A DNA stretch of 64,000 bases from Strigamia acuminata (lineage: Eukaryota), in the NCBI GenBank assembly GCA_949358305.1, contig OX442314.1:7998001-8062000 (forward strand), written 5' to 3'. Below are positions 12,465 through 25,599 of the stretch, in pieces. The notes under the pieces were generated by a model that did no database searches, had not been told where the DNA came from, and saw only the letters and a list, made by a program, of their open reading frames with translations. Positions within the stretch are counted from its first letter, which is position 1. Each line of letters starts with the position of its first letter. Both the position numbers and the translations under genes were made by a program.

Positions 12465-13335
12465 TGTAACGAACGTGCGAGTAGAACCTGTAGAGGGTGC
12501 CACGTGTTACAGCGCTAATAAAATCACTTCCTGTCTTACTAAGCCTAACCAAAGTCACGTTGTCATACTCAGCTACGTACAACAACTGGTGTCAGGAACA
12601 GGATTTTTTATCGCCAAGTCCCTGACACTCGAAATATCACTCACGTGAGTGATATTTCAAGTGTCAGGGACTTTGTGAACCACGATGTGGATCAGCACGA
12701 TGGCCAACGATCCAAACCAGGCGATAGGACCGAGTGGCGTGCGACTGCCAAAACCGTTAATAATCACACCGGATAACATGGCGGCTGCATGGGAGGAACG
12801 GCTAGATTCCTATGAGTGGTAAGCCATAGCGGCACAAATTAATAACCGATCGGCAGAAGTTCAAGTCTAATTATTCATGAGCAACATTGGTCCTGGAGCG
12901 AGAAAGGTATTTAACACTTTTGAACTGACTGATGTGCAGAAAAAGGACATAAAAGTGATACAGCAGAAGTTCACAGAGAAATTTGTGCCGACGGTTAACG
13001 AGAGCTTTGCGAGGTACGAATTTTTCAAACTCCGGCAGTCCGAAGGCCAATCGATTGAGGAATTCGTGACGGAAGCCTGCACAAAAATGGCAAAGTGCGA
13101 TTTCAAGGCGTTGGCTGACGGATTGTTGCGGGATAAAATCGTAATCGAAATTCGAAGCGAGCAACAGTTGTTAGAAAAGGCCGGGCTGATGCTGGAGAAA
13201 GCTGTGCAGCCTGCTCGTTCATTCGAGGCGGTCGAAAAACAGCTAAAATCGATGAAAACTACTGACAAATCGAAAGTGGATTTTGTTTAAGCGAATCGAA
13301 AGTGGATGTTGTTTGAGCGAATCGAAAGTGGATTT
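12465..13335 (+). mobile_element. Mag-like gypsy 5' fragment (short LTR, PBS, degenerate gag)
   Basis: LTR-like end ...TACAACA followed by PBS TGGTGTCAGGAACAGGAT at about 12587. Gag-like 'ARYEFFKLRQSEGQSIEEFVT...LLRDKIV' with in-frame stops upstream. The LTR start is uncertain. Confidence 0.75.
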
Positions 13336-13421
13336 TGATGCCTAATGGTAATAAATTTAGGCGACCTATTCAACGTTTGATAAAAATGGAGATTCACTCC
13401 GGTCCTGTGCCGCCGGCAGTG

Positions 13422-16400
13422 TGAAAACCGACACGGTTTTACGCGTTTTGATTATTATTGCCACTGTTTATTTGTTTTTCATGTTGATTATTAAATTTTA
13501 ATTGTTTTTATAATAATGTGAAATTTTGATATATTGCTCATTAATTGATGTGTTGTTAATTTAATTTTGACAAACTATTATTTTATTGTGTTTTATTTGA
13601 ACCCTTTTGAAATTGTATTTGTTTACTTGAAAATAACTGTTTTTCACTTTAAACCACTTATCTTTTCCATTCCAAGAATTCACCTACTTTTAAATGTGTA
13701 ACCAATTATCTTGCGCTCCCCTTTTGGAGCGCGTCATCTTTTCTCTGTGCACTTTACTTGTAGCACAGAAACATTAGTCATTTCCTTTTTGTATATTTAA
13801 TTACCGTTGTTTAAAGAAAGAATAAAACCAGTCTTGAGGAAGTTTTTGAGTAGAAAAGTCAGGCTTCTTTATTTCTCACAAAAATTACATTTTAATTTGA
13901 AATAAGCATTGTTATTCAGGGATTTAATTATTTTATCCGCAATACCTTATTGCATTTCAAATTTGGTGCCGAAACCCGGGAAAACATCTAAGTAATTCCC
14001 TACATCATACGCTCAACCACAAAATGGTGCGCGTATACGAGATAAAGAGGCGAGCGCTCACGACGGCCATTACTGCTGCCAACGCCCTGATGACCACTAT
14101 CACCACGGGAGTCAACAACGCAGCCCTATTGTCGAAGGACGAACTCGCCCTTTGGTCGCAACAACTCAACCAAAAGATGTTGAGAGCACAAAAGTCGTTT
14201 GAAGTCAGTTTGGAGCAAGCCAAGTCGGAACACGAGATCGATGAAACAATGGGCGATATGGATGCAGTGGAAAACAGAGCAGCCGCTACAAAGGCAACGA
14301 TAGACAGGTACATTCGATTAAATTACCCACCTGTTCCACCTGTAGTCGACGCTCCGCTACCCGCACCCACGCCGATTGACCACGACGCGCTCGTCGCTGC
14401 CGTGACCGCCGCTGTAACCGCCACCGCTCGAGCCACTCCGCCGCCCGTAATCCACCAAAACGTAAGAAGAAAACCGCTAGAAATTCCAAGGTTCGACGGG
14501 AAACGACCCGAGGACTGGGGGGGTTTCTGGAAGACTTTTTGCGTGCAAGTCGCGGACGACGTGACACTCGACGAGGAGCAAAAACTGCTGCACTTACGCG
14601 CTCACCTGCTCGGCGACGCGATGGAGGAAATTAGAACACTCGAAATAAACGCCGCTAACTACGCCGTGGCTGTAAACCGACTGACGAAAAAATACTGTGA
14701 TCGGGCAGTGTTGGAAAACAGGTTTTTGTCTAACCTATTAAATTTGCCAATTATTAACAGTGAACGAGACATTGTTGGACTACAAAAGCTGCACCGACAC
14801 GTGGAAATAAACGTGGAAAACCTGTCAAATATCGAGGTCCCGCTCGTAGAAATTCAGCGCATGCTGTTTCCCGTCTTAGCCGCAGCCATTCCAAGAACCG
14901 TGATGCGCAAATACGATGACGACTGCGACGGCGAACGATCGGTAATAAGATTAATGTCGTGGGTGCGAGAATTTTTGTTGAAGGAAAATCGCTACGAAAT
15001 GATGATGAGCCAACAGAAAACGATCAAAACACCCACGCCAACTGATCTACAAAAAAGCAGCGGAGATTCGAAGGGGAAGCCACATCGACGCAGAGGAGGA
15101 GCCAAGGAAAGTTCCGTCAACTCACTCTCAGTGGTAACAAATAAATGTCAATTTTGTTCTTCCAATGAACACAGCAGAAAAACATGCCCACTCACGGTGG
15201 AAGAGCGGAGGAAGAAAATTCAATCTCAAGGAACCTGCATGAGATGTTTAGGCAGAACGCCCCATAAAACAGAGGACTGCCGCACCACCATGAAGTGTTT
15301 CCGATGCGACGGGCTGCATCACACTCAAGTCTGCGATCAACCACGAGTCAACCCAATCGACAACACTGCGCCAAAAACACACGCTTCTGCCGTCGTGAGT
15401 AGAAACAATCGAAAATACGAGTTTTTAATGGTGATGATGGTGAACGTGATTGGTGAAAAAATAACGAAACCAGCCGTGTGCTACGTTGATGGCGGAGCAC
15501 AACGGACATTTATAAGAACTGACCTGTCGAGAAAACTAAATCTAAAAATTATAGGAATCGAGCAAATGACCATATCCGTGTTTGGTCGCGAGCCGACGAC
15601 TGGAGTCCACAACAAGGTGGAATTAACCCTCACTCCGACGCACGCCAAGACGCCTCGCATTACAATCGAAGCCGTGGAAATCTCACACGTGACGTCAACA
15701 CCTTGCAAAGTCCCGAACGAATATTTGAGCAAAAAATTGGAGGAGAAGGGAGTCCAAGTGGCGTGCAAACAAGTGGCTCTGCATTCCGACGAAGTGGATC
15801 TGCTGATCGGTGTCGACAATTACTGGAAAATTACAACAAAGAGAACAGAATTCATCGAAGACAACCTGATAGCAGTCAACACAAATTTTGGGTGGACGTT
15901 GCATGGACAGACAACCAATGGCGTACACATTCTGGCATCAACGGTGAGGACAAATCGAATAACCCTTGTACGTTCTGCAGATGACATCATGAAGAAGCTG
16001 TGGGAATTGGAGGCCATCGGAATTCAACACGAGTCAATGGCCGACACGGACGAAGCTGAAGTTCTGCGCAAATTTGACGAGTCGATACGATGGACAGGAA
16101 AGAATTACTCAGTAGCACTGCCATGGATCGTCGACAGCAACGAACTCGAGGACAATTTCGCAATTGCCGAACAACGCTTCTTGAACCTGCTCAGAAAATT
16201 CCGACGACAGCCCAACTTATATTTGGAGTATAAGAAGGTCATCGAGGAACAGCTAGAACAAGGCATCGTTGAAGAAGTGACTGGAGACACGTCCAACCCA
16301 ATTTATTACATGCCACACAGGCCAATAATAAAAGAAGAGCGAGTTACAACAAAACTGAGGATCGTGTTCGACGCGTCAGCCCATCGAAAGGGGCAGCTAT

Positions 16401-19400
16401 CGCTAAACGATTGCCTGTCCAAAGGTATAAACTTTTTGCCGTCCCTAATCGTTGTATTGATGAAATTTAGACTCCGAAAAATCGCTGAGACGTCGGATAT
16501 CCGCAAGGCGTTCCACATGATCGAAATTGAAGTAAAGGATCGAGACGTAACACGTTTTCTGTGGGTTTGCGCAGACTGGGACGGAACGGGACGAGCCAAA
16601 ATTCGAGTACTATGCCAAACACGCGTTCTCTTCGGCGCAGCGCCCAGCCCTTTCCTTTTAAATGCGACCATCAAACGCCACATCAAGATCTACCAAGTCA
16701 AATATTCCGCCACATACGAATTACTTTGTCGATTTCTATACGTGGACGATTTGATCACGTCGGTGGACGACATTGACCAGGCAGTGAGGACATTCGAACA
16801 AGCTCGCGAAATGCTCTCATCAGCCGGCATGCAACTGGTAAAATGGCAGACTAATTCTCCTGAACTACGCGAAATATTCAGAAAAGAAGATCCTGCAGAT
16901 GCAAAGGTGACATCAAATGAAGAATCCAAAGTGCTGGGATTGAAATGGGATCCAACTTCAGACAAACTGAGTCTACAAATCGAAAATATATCGAGCGTGG
17001 ACAGCACAACAGTGACGAAAAGAGAAGTAGTCCAAATCTCCGCACAGATATTTGACCCACTCGGATTCGTCACGCCATTCACCGTCACTGCAAGAATCTT
17101 TTTCCAATCACTTTGGCTGAGAAAATTGGAATGGGATGAAAAATTGGATGATGTTCTTAGACTCAACTGGCTTAAATGGGCAGAACAAATTCCAAAATTG
17201 AGTGAATTCCAAATTCCAAGATGGCTGGGAGTGAAAAATGAAATGAATTGCGAGATCCATATTTTTTCCGATGCAAGCCCCAAGGCGTACGGTGCTGTCG
17301 CCTACATTCAAGACACCACGGAAGACTTAATCAATTCCTTTTTTATTTTTTCTAAATGTAGGGTGGCACCAGTCAAGCCATTAACATTGCCAAAATTGGA
17401 ACTAATGGGAACTTTGGTAGCAGTCCGCATGGCCGACCAAATTAAAGAGGTGACAAGATGCCGTGAAATTTATTACTGGACCGACTCCCAAATATGCATA
17501 CATTGGATCCGCAACACAGCTAAAAGGCCGCCAACATTTATACAGAACAGAGTGCTGGAGATCCGAGAAAAGTCAAAAATCGACAATTGGCGTCACGTAC
17601 CGGGCATCGACAATCCTGCTGACCGCTTGACACGCGGCCTGATGGTCGACGAATTGATGACCGACCAGCTGTGGTGGAACGGACCAGATTGGATGCGAGG
17701 CCCTCGTGACGATTGGCCGAATTCGAATGTGGAAATTGCAGACGAGTCGGACGAGGACGACATCGAGACTTGCATCGAATCCCTCCAAATCATTAATACT
17801 GAATTTATTTTCTCCAAATTTAGCTCGTTCAGTCGATTACGACGGGTCACGGCTTGGATGCTGAGATTCGCCGCCAACACACGAACTGTCGACGTCTCAA
17901 ATAAAATTTGAGGACCATTGACCGTCGTCGAACTCAAACAGGCCGAGACGACGCTGATCCGAGCTGCACAAAGAGAATGTTACGGGATCGAGATGACACG
18001 ACTACAAAACGAAAGGTCGTTGACTGACTCGAAACTGCAAAACTTAAACGTTTATCTAGACGTTTCTGGCGTGCTCAAGTTGGACACTCGACTCAGGAAC
18101 TCCAAAGACGCCATCACTGCAAACTCCCCCGTGCTTCTCCCGTCCGATCACGCACTCACTAAATTAATTTTATCGTTTTCACATTCTCAGGTTTTCCATT
18201 GCGGTTTGACAGCCACCCTGGCATACTTCCGTCAGAATTACTGGACGCCAGCCGCGAGGAGAACCTTGAAAACGATCCTAAATAAGTGTGTGACTTGCAA
18301 GAGAATAAATGGACGATTGATGAGAGAGGTGCCCGGACAACTACCTTTTGATCGAGTGTCACAGTGCAGCCCATTCACCATTACCGGAGTCGATTTCGCA
18401 GGCCCAATCATCGTACGAGGAAGGAAGACGAAGGCGTACATCGCCCTCTTCACCTGCGCCAATATTCGAGCAGTGCACCTAGAACTGATTCCGTCACTGA
18501 CCACTTCAGACTTCGTAGGCGTGCTAGAACGCTTCATCAGCCGACGAGGGATGCCTAGGACCATCTACAGTGACAACGGGACGACGTTCCATCGTACAAA
18601 CCGTGAACTGAACGCTCTGCTGCAAAATACGAAAGACGACTCCGTGCGTAATTTCCTAACTCAAAAGGGAATTGAGTGGAAATTTATTGTTGAGAATGCT
18701 CCTTGGTGGGGGGGATTTTGGGAGAGGATGATTCAAACTGTCAAATCTTGTTTAAAAAAAACGATAGGATCAGCCTCTCTCAACTTTTTTCAATTGGAAA
18801 CTTTGCTCACTCAGGTAGAAGCTATCATCAACAAAAGACCTATCACTTACATCTATGACGCGCCAAACGAACCCGAAGCGCTCACACCGGCCCATTTTTT
18901 GACGGGGACCAACCCAACAAGTTTGCCATCTGCTGAAGACGCTGCCTCGAACGAACCGACTCAGCAGTCATTTATCCACCAATGGAAGAGACGCCAAAGC
19001 ATCTTGATGGACTTTTGGCGACGATGGTCGCGTGAGTATTTGGTCGACTTAAAGAGACAAGTGGGAAAACCAAATACTTGTCAACTTCAAACGGGAGATG
19101 TAGTGTTGGTGGAAGATTTACTAAAATCTAGAATCAATTGGAAAATGGCACGCGTCGTCAGCATACACCCCAGTAAGGATGGTGTGGCACGTTCGTGCGA
19201 ACTTTTGATGCCTAATGGTAATAAATTTAGGCGACCTATTCAACGTTTGATAAAAATGGAGATTCACTCCGGTCCTGTGCCGCCGGCAGTGTGAAAACCG
19301 ACACGGTTTTACGCGTTTTGATTATTATTGCCACTGTTTATTTGTTTTTCATGTTGATTATTAAATTTTAATTGTTTTTATAATAATGTGAAATTTTGAT

Positions 19401-19834
19401 ATATTGCTCATTAATTGATGTGTTGTTAATTTAATTTTGACAAACTATTATTTTATTGTGTTTTATTTGAACCCTTTTGAAATTGTATTTGTTTAGTTGA
19501 AAATAACTGTTTTTCACTTTAAACCACTTATCTTTTCCATTCCAAGAATTCACCTACTTTTAAATGTGTAACCAATTATCTTGCGCTCCCCTTTTGGAGC
19601 GCGTCATCTTTTCTCTGTGCACTTTACTTGTAGCACAGAAACATTAGTCATTTCCTTTTTGTATATTTACAGTAATTACCGTTGTTTAAAGAAAGAATAA
19701 AACCAGTCTTGAGGAAGTTTTTGAGTAGAAAAGTCAGGCTTCTTTATTTCTCACAAAAATTACATTTCAATTTGAAATAAGCATTGTTATTCAGGGATTT
19801 AATTATTTTATCCGCAATACCTTATTGCATTTCA
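13422..19834 (+). mobile_element. BEL/Pao LTR retrotransposon, full length
   Basis: LTRs at about 13422-13959 and 19292-19834 (TGAAA...TTTCA) differ at only a few positions. PBS TGGTGCCGAAACCCGGGA (tRNA-Phe 3' end) at 13964-13981. No matching TSD found. Confidence 0.93.
14024..19294 (+). CDS. BEL/Pao gag-pol with a single in-frame TGA at 17909-17911
   Basis: DUF1759-like gag, three Cys-His knuckles, protease, RT (LRIVFDAS, YVDD), RNase H (IFSDASPKAYG) and integrase (GVDFAGP, SDNGT, PWWGGFWER). ORFs 14024-17911 and 17918-19294 are in the same frame. Confidence 0.93.
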
Positions 19835-21255
19835 AACAGTTGCTCCTTAGTGCGGTTAAAGGCTGTTTGATGTTCCTCGCCCCAAACAAACGACGATTTT
19901 GATTTCTTCGTCAATTCGCGCAGGGGTTTCAATGTATCTGCTATGTTTCGAACAAATCGCCCGCAATAAATCACCATTCCAAGCAAACTCTTGACTTCCG
20001 ACACCGTTCTCGTGTGACCGGTATACTAGTATATACCCTGATGAGATTAATTCCTACCAATCCTGTATCACCGGAAGTGGATACAGGAAAAACGGGTTGC
20101 ATAATTCAGATTATGCTAATCCTCATTAATACCGGAACTGGATACCCAGGACCGGAAATGGATTCCATCAATCGGGTGATCGATTGATCGCTAACTCTCC
20201 TTTTCTTTAGAACGGAGGTTAAATCAGTTTCTAACAACAACATATATTCATATATAAGTTAATTATATTAATGTTTATCTAAGCTTCATTTCATCTTAAT
20301 AAATATATTCTTATATTTATTCACGAGATTCTAACTCGCATTTCGAATTTACCGCTAATGAACGATCGCTCCATCTAGTGACGGCGTAGAGCATTGACAA
20401 ATGCGGGTTTCTCTGTAAACCTTCCATAAAATGTTCGTGATATTTATAAATACCACTTTTAAACCGTCACACTCGGTATTTCCATCTTTGTCACCGCCTC
20501 CATTTTACGTGGATCCACGGAAATTCCCCTGTACGAAAAAACGTGCCCATAAAAAACCAACTCCCTTCTCTTCAACTCACATTTCGCGCCGTTTATTGTC
20601 AGTCCCCTTTCGCTCAACCGCCGTAGCACTCGGTGTAACGTTTCATCATGCGTTTTCACCGAATCTCCCACAACGAAAATGTCGTCCACTATATTTATAC
20701 ATTTCGGAATTCCAATGATGACTTGCCGTATTTTGTCTTGGAAAACCTCGGACGCCAAATTCACGCCAAAGAAAAGACGCTTGAATCGGAACAGGCCGAC
20801 GTGAGTGGCAAACAAGGTATATTTTTTCGACTCCTTATCCAACTCGACTTGATTAAAGCCATGCACCAAATCTAACTTCGAGAAAACCCTTGCCTCCTCG
20901 GCCAACGTGATTAGATCTTCCAGTCGTGGTGTCGTATGCCGCACTCTCTTTATCGCTCAATTTACTAAACGCGCGTCCACGCACAAACGAATTGCGTCGG
21001 GGTCAGCATCTTTTGGTTTGTCAACACAATGGATCGGCGAAACTCACGGTGTGGGCCCCATGTCCTTTGTAATTCGCTCGATGATATCTATCTCAACCAT
21101 GCGCTCTAACTCCTTCTCCACCTTCTTCCTAATCTTGAATGGCAGCGGTCGGTAGTATTGCGCCACCGGCACCACGCCCTCATTGACATGTAAATGGACT
21201 TGGCAATCTTTTAACTTGCCTATTCCTTTGAATAGTTCTGGGTATTGTAATAAAT
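19835..21255 (-). pseudogene. Mag-like gypsy RT fragment split by a solo LTR
   Basis: LQYPELFKGIGKLKD, FSKLDLVHGFNQ, RLFFG, NIVDDI and FVWGEEHQTAF, with stops and frameshifts. Confidence 0.85.
20013..20471. mobile_element. Solo LTR, gypsy type
   Basis: TGTGAC...GTCACA with 4-bp TSD CTCG at 20009-20012 and 20472-20475. Confidence 0.85.
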
Positions 21256-21335
21256 TTTCGGACCCAAAAATGAATTTTTGGACCCAAAAATGAATTTTTG
21301 GACCCAAAAATGAATTTTTGGACCTAAAAATGAAT
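21255..21335. repeat. 20-bp tandem repeat TTTTGGACCCAAAAATGAAT, about 4 units
   Basis: Directly visible in the sequence. Confidence 0.9.
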
Positions 21336-21735
21336 GTCGCCCCTGACCTGTGGTGTCTGTATTTTACACACTATTAACAATATGTAGGAACTGGCCTACA
21401 TGTTCAGCTTATACATTCACGAAAACTGTTTATAGAAGGCACCCTTCTCTGCATGACACCCTTCTCTGCCTGGCGCCCCTCTCTGCCCGGCGCCCCTGGG
21501 TTACAGCCCAGTTAGTCCAATGGTAAAGGTGGGCCTGTCAGCCTTGCCGTACTCTTCTCCAATTCGGGTTTTGGACTCAAGGCCAACTAGACCTCCCTGC
21601 TCAAAATATCCACTAAGGTTCCCGAATCGATAATAAAGTTTACTTTCCTTTCCTCCATCGTTAGCTGCACTTCCGGCATTCTTCCCTTTCCACCGATGTT
21701 GTCGGCACACAGCCCGACAGCAAATATTTCCTTAA

Positions 21736-21892
21736 GTGAATGACCTTGAAAATGACCTTCAAGGTCAAATTTAATGACGTCATTGAATTGCTCTCACCCA
21801 ACTTACTATACGATCGCTTCATCAAAATTGGCCTAGATGCAATTGCTCAGGAAATATTTGGAGGGGTACAGACTTTTAGAACACCCTGTATA
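21736..21892. repeat. End of a DNA-transposon-like dispersed repeat, also at about 26505-26660
   Basis: Shared ACCTTGAAAATG.CCTTCAAGGTCAAATTT...ACCCTGTATA, a Tc1/mariner-like CAGGGTG terminus flanked by TA. Confidence 0.6.
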
Positions 21893-23779
21893 TATAATAT
21901 GTGTTCAGTGGTTTCATATCCTTTGAACAAATAAAAATAAAAATTTATTTCAAAAATCATTAATTTTCACATTAATTTTTTTTTTTTTAAGTTTTTTTCT
22001 GACTTTATTTCTGAATAAGCTCCGGGCCTGCATTATCGCTTGGTTTCATATTGGCGCCAGGCGGGGCGGCTCAAAACCAGAATTAGACGCCCGGGTTATT
22101 AAACGAGGCGGAACCGTATGCACATCCAGCACACATACTGTACACTTACTGGACCATGGGAAATTAAGGATACCGAAACATGTTATACATTTGGCTTGTG
22201 TATAATCAAAGAAACAATATTTAGAAGGACCTGTCACCTGTGCATAAAACCTATTGTTTAGAGTATATAGTTGTGGACTTTGTTCCAGCGCTGGTTTCAT
22301 TCGCCTTCTAATAATTTAGGATAAAGCGGCATATGTATTTCATAGTTTGGCTGTCAGGACTTAAACGATTCATTCTTTTATCAATATTTTGATGTAATTT
22401 TGAAAATATTAGTTTTTTTCATTGGCTTTCTGTACTTACAGTTTCCAAGTTTCATTTCGTGGATCCGTAGTACTCGATCTGTTTCGTCTTGCCACTGCAT
22501 ATATTGCAGTTGTCTGTCGGGAGAATATTTTAAAATTAATGACAGCTTGAATAAATTATCACTATGGCACGAATCATTGAAAAGGTGGTTTCAACTACTA
22601 GTAATCACCAGTTGAATGTCAGGAAACCTATCATTAAAAATTTTTTGAAAGACCTATTTTCAGAAGAAATAATGATGTTTAATTACTATGTTGTGCACGT
22701 TTCTTCTCCAAACATGTTGTTGAAAATTTCTATTGACATTTTTCGTGTCAGCATATTTGACGACGCAAAATGCTATTTTGCCATTTTGTGAATTTCTGAT
22801 AAATTTATTAAATTTTGTTAAGAAATTTTGAATAAAGTATTGAAATTTTTACGCTTTTGTTAAATCTGATTTTTTTTCCAGTGTAATCAGTTCTCAAATT
22901 TTATCCTCATTCACCTCGTTGCCAATGTAAAGTTCAAACATACACGCGGTTTGGTGGCAAAGTAACAACTAACTCTTTATTCTCTTCACTCTCGTGACCA
23001 GCGCCCTGCGCCCTCTCGTGGTCACTCCTACAACTAATACTAGTACATCAAAACATTACAGGGAGAATTGGAGAATTTGGGCCTGAAATTTGAGTTTTCT
23101 TAATTTTCGGAAGATTATTATCAAAATGTGGATAAATTCATACAAATTTCAACCGATTTTCTAAATTTTTGACATCCAAAAATGGTGTTATGCTTGTTTA
23201 AGCTCAAATCTTATTGAAAAAAAATTGCAATCACTTACAGTAGTGTGCCGGTAAAAATGGTGTTTATCGGTGTGCTGTAAAAACTCACACTATAGCGGCA
23301 TGCGGCTGAAAGTGGGATAATATGGTATATTTTGAGTCTTTTATCCGGTTTTGGTTGTGCAGATTATTTGGTGACTACCAGCACTGAGTTCAGAATTGAC
23401 TCTTCTCTTTTGTTTACAATAAATTCTTAGTCCCATAGTAACACTTTGTATGATGATTACTGATTCATACATTTTCCATTAACGTGTCTCTGGTAGGTGA
23501 CAGAAAGCGAAATTGGATTTTTGCACTGTGTATAATTATCCGCAGTAAATCTTATGAAAATTTAATCAGAGTAAGTATAGAGCTTGCCATGAATTCAGTA
23601 TCTTGAACCGCCCGTATCTAGCACGCATAAACTAATTGAAGTAAAAATTCATTATTGATCTGGCCCAACTAGGAAGGCCTTTCCCTAAACAGGAAGTGCA
23701 GTCCTGACATAAAAGCCAAAGGTCTCTAGGCAACCATATTTAGGGCCGCTGCCAGATACTTGGATGTTGCCCGATGGCT

Positions 23780-24040
23780 GGTGGGTCGATTCCACATTCT
23801 TTTGATGACGATTGGATTCTGGATGATTGAGTTTCCATGGTGTAGCCACTGCATGGAGCGGTATGGCATAGTCTGCGATTGATTCGGACGTGTTTTGATA
23901 ACGTCTCTGGAATGCTCCCATACACGCGAGAAATGTGAAAATTTTCTTTTTGTTACTAGCAAATCCGTTGCTGTCAACATAGCACCCAAAATTATTGACT
24001 ACTGTGGCATTGCTGCATTGCCACAAGGACCCACAATGCA
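23780..24040 (-). pseudogene. Possible degenerate retrotransposon gag fragment
   Basis: FQRRYQNTSESIADYAIPLHAVA resembles the gag F..R.Q...ESI..Y...L..LA motif. Confidence 0.4.
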
Positions 24041-25599
24041 CAAATGGATAGCAGACGACGCGAAGCGCGAAGTATGGCTACTTCTGGGCGCTGGTCATTT
24101 CCACCAGTGGGAAAATATGCAAATCTGAAGACAATGGACTTCAGGACTGATTGATCAAGATTGATCTGGCTCGTTCATGTTCACGTGTGTTGGTCGTACC
24201 ATAACGTGTATACAAATAAACGCTGCTAAACTTGATTGAATCGATGGGAATCTCTTCCAACCAATTACAACAAAAACGCACCCCAATATCTGGTCCACTT
24301 TTCATAATAAAAAAGTGCGTCTGATAACTCGTAATATACGATACACGATAAACATTACCACAAAGTTTATCACAAAGGAACAATCAGGCTTACCGTTAAT
24401 GATTGAAAATCATAAAGAATTGTGTGTACAGGTGATTTTCAGTAAAGGAAAATTTCGAAATAGACTTTCTAGTTATATTTCTCGGTTGGTTGTGCGAATA
24501 AAAATTGTATTTGTTTTTTTTTACAATTTTCTGTTAATCGACATGTGGAAACTATGACAACAGTAATTGATAATGTTCCCTTTCAATTTTAACTCATAAA
24601 TGTTGTAATTGGTTTTACTTTCACCGCACGTTGGATCAATTTTTTCTCATTTTAATTTTATCAACATCATTCGTATATTTATGAAACAATTACGTTTTCT
24701 CTCTGAACAAGAAGAAATAGAAAAGGAATCTATACTGTATACATAATCCAACTATTGACAATTTACTAACAGGGTCACCTCCACTAGTCAAAAGTAATTT
24801 GGGTTTTGAGGTTTAAATATGTTTTCTTTCAAAGCCTGACCATTTTTGTTAGTATTGGTACTACAGACCGTTAAACCTGTTAAAATTAAAACGTGTACCG
24901 TGAATCGTTCGTTTCCATCAATGGATACACACATTCATTGAAGGAAGCGAGCGATTCAGTTTCTATAGTTGTAGATTTACGTACCGTAAAATTAAGGTGT
25001 TGACAAATGCAGCCATTTTGTATTCCTTCCTTTCCCCGCATTGGTGTTAAAAGATGACGCGGAAACGAATGAGACTCCGGGAAACCTGAAAACCTGAAAC
25101 GTAGCTCCGAAGTTGATTCAGTCGAGATTGCAGGAGAAATTGAATAAATAACCGATAACTTGGCCCAGTGGGTTCCAATAGTTAGGTACAGTGTGTTTTA
25201 TACGTTTTATACGACAGTAGATAGCATTATAAAATATGATATAGGATTTTTAATAAAATTTATTTCTAACAAGAGTTTAATTGTAAACAAATTAAATAAC
25301 TACATTATTAAAATACCGACTCTTAATCGAGTAAATACAGAATAACAAATGGAATAGTTTATGGAAACAGAATTATTTTAGTTTTAAAAGGATAATTAGG
25401 CAGTACATTCGTTTTCAACAATGTAATCAGAAAACAACATTATTTCAATGTGAGTGCAATATTAAAATGATTTTTTTTAAATTTTATATTCTTAAAATTT
25501 CAAATGTGAAATTTATTGCAACTGTGATTTTTGCATATTGATAGTTTTTCCCACAATTGATTTTTTATTGCTACTTTTAGGACCAAATCGAAAACTGAT

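Noticed and set aside
22046..22940. Degenerate minus-strand coding-like segment with a CxxC...CxxC motif
   Set aside because: It has many stops and no assignable family; probably a decayed transposon.
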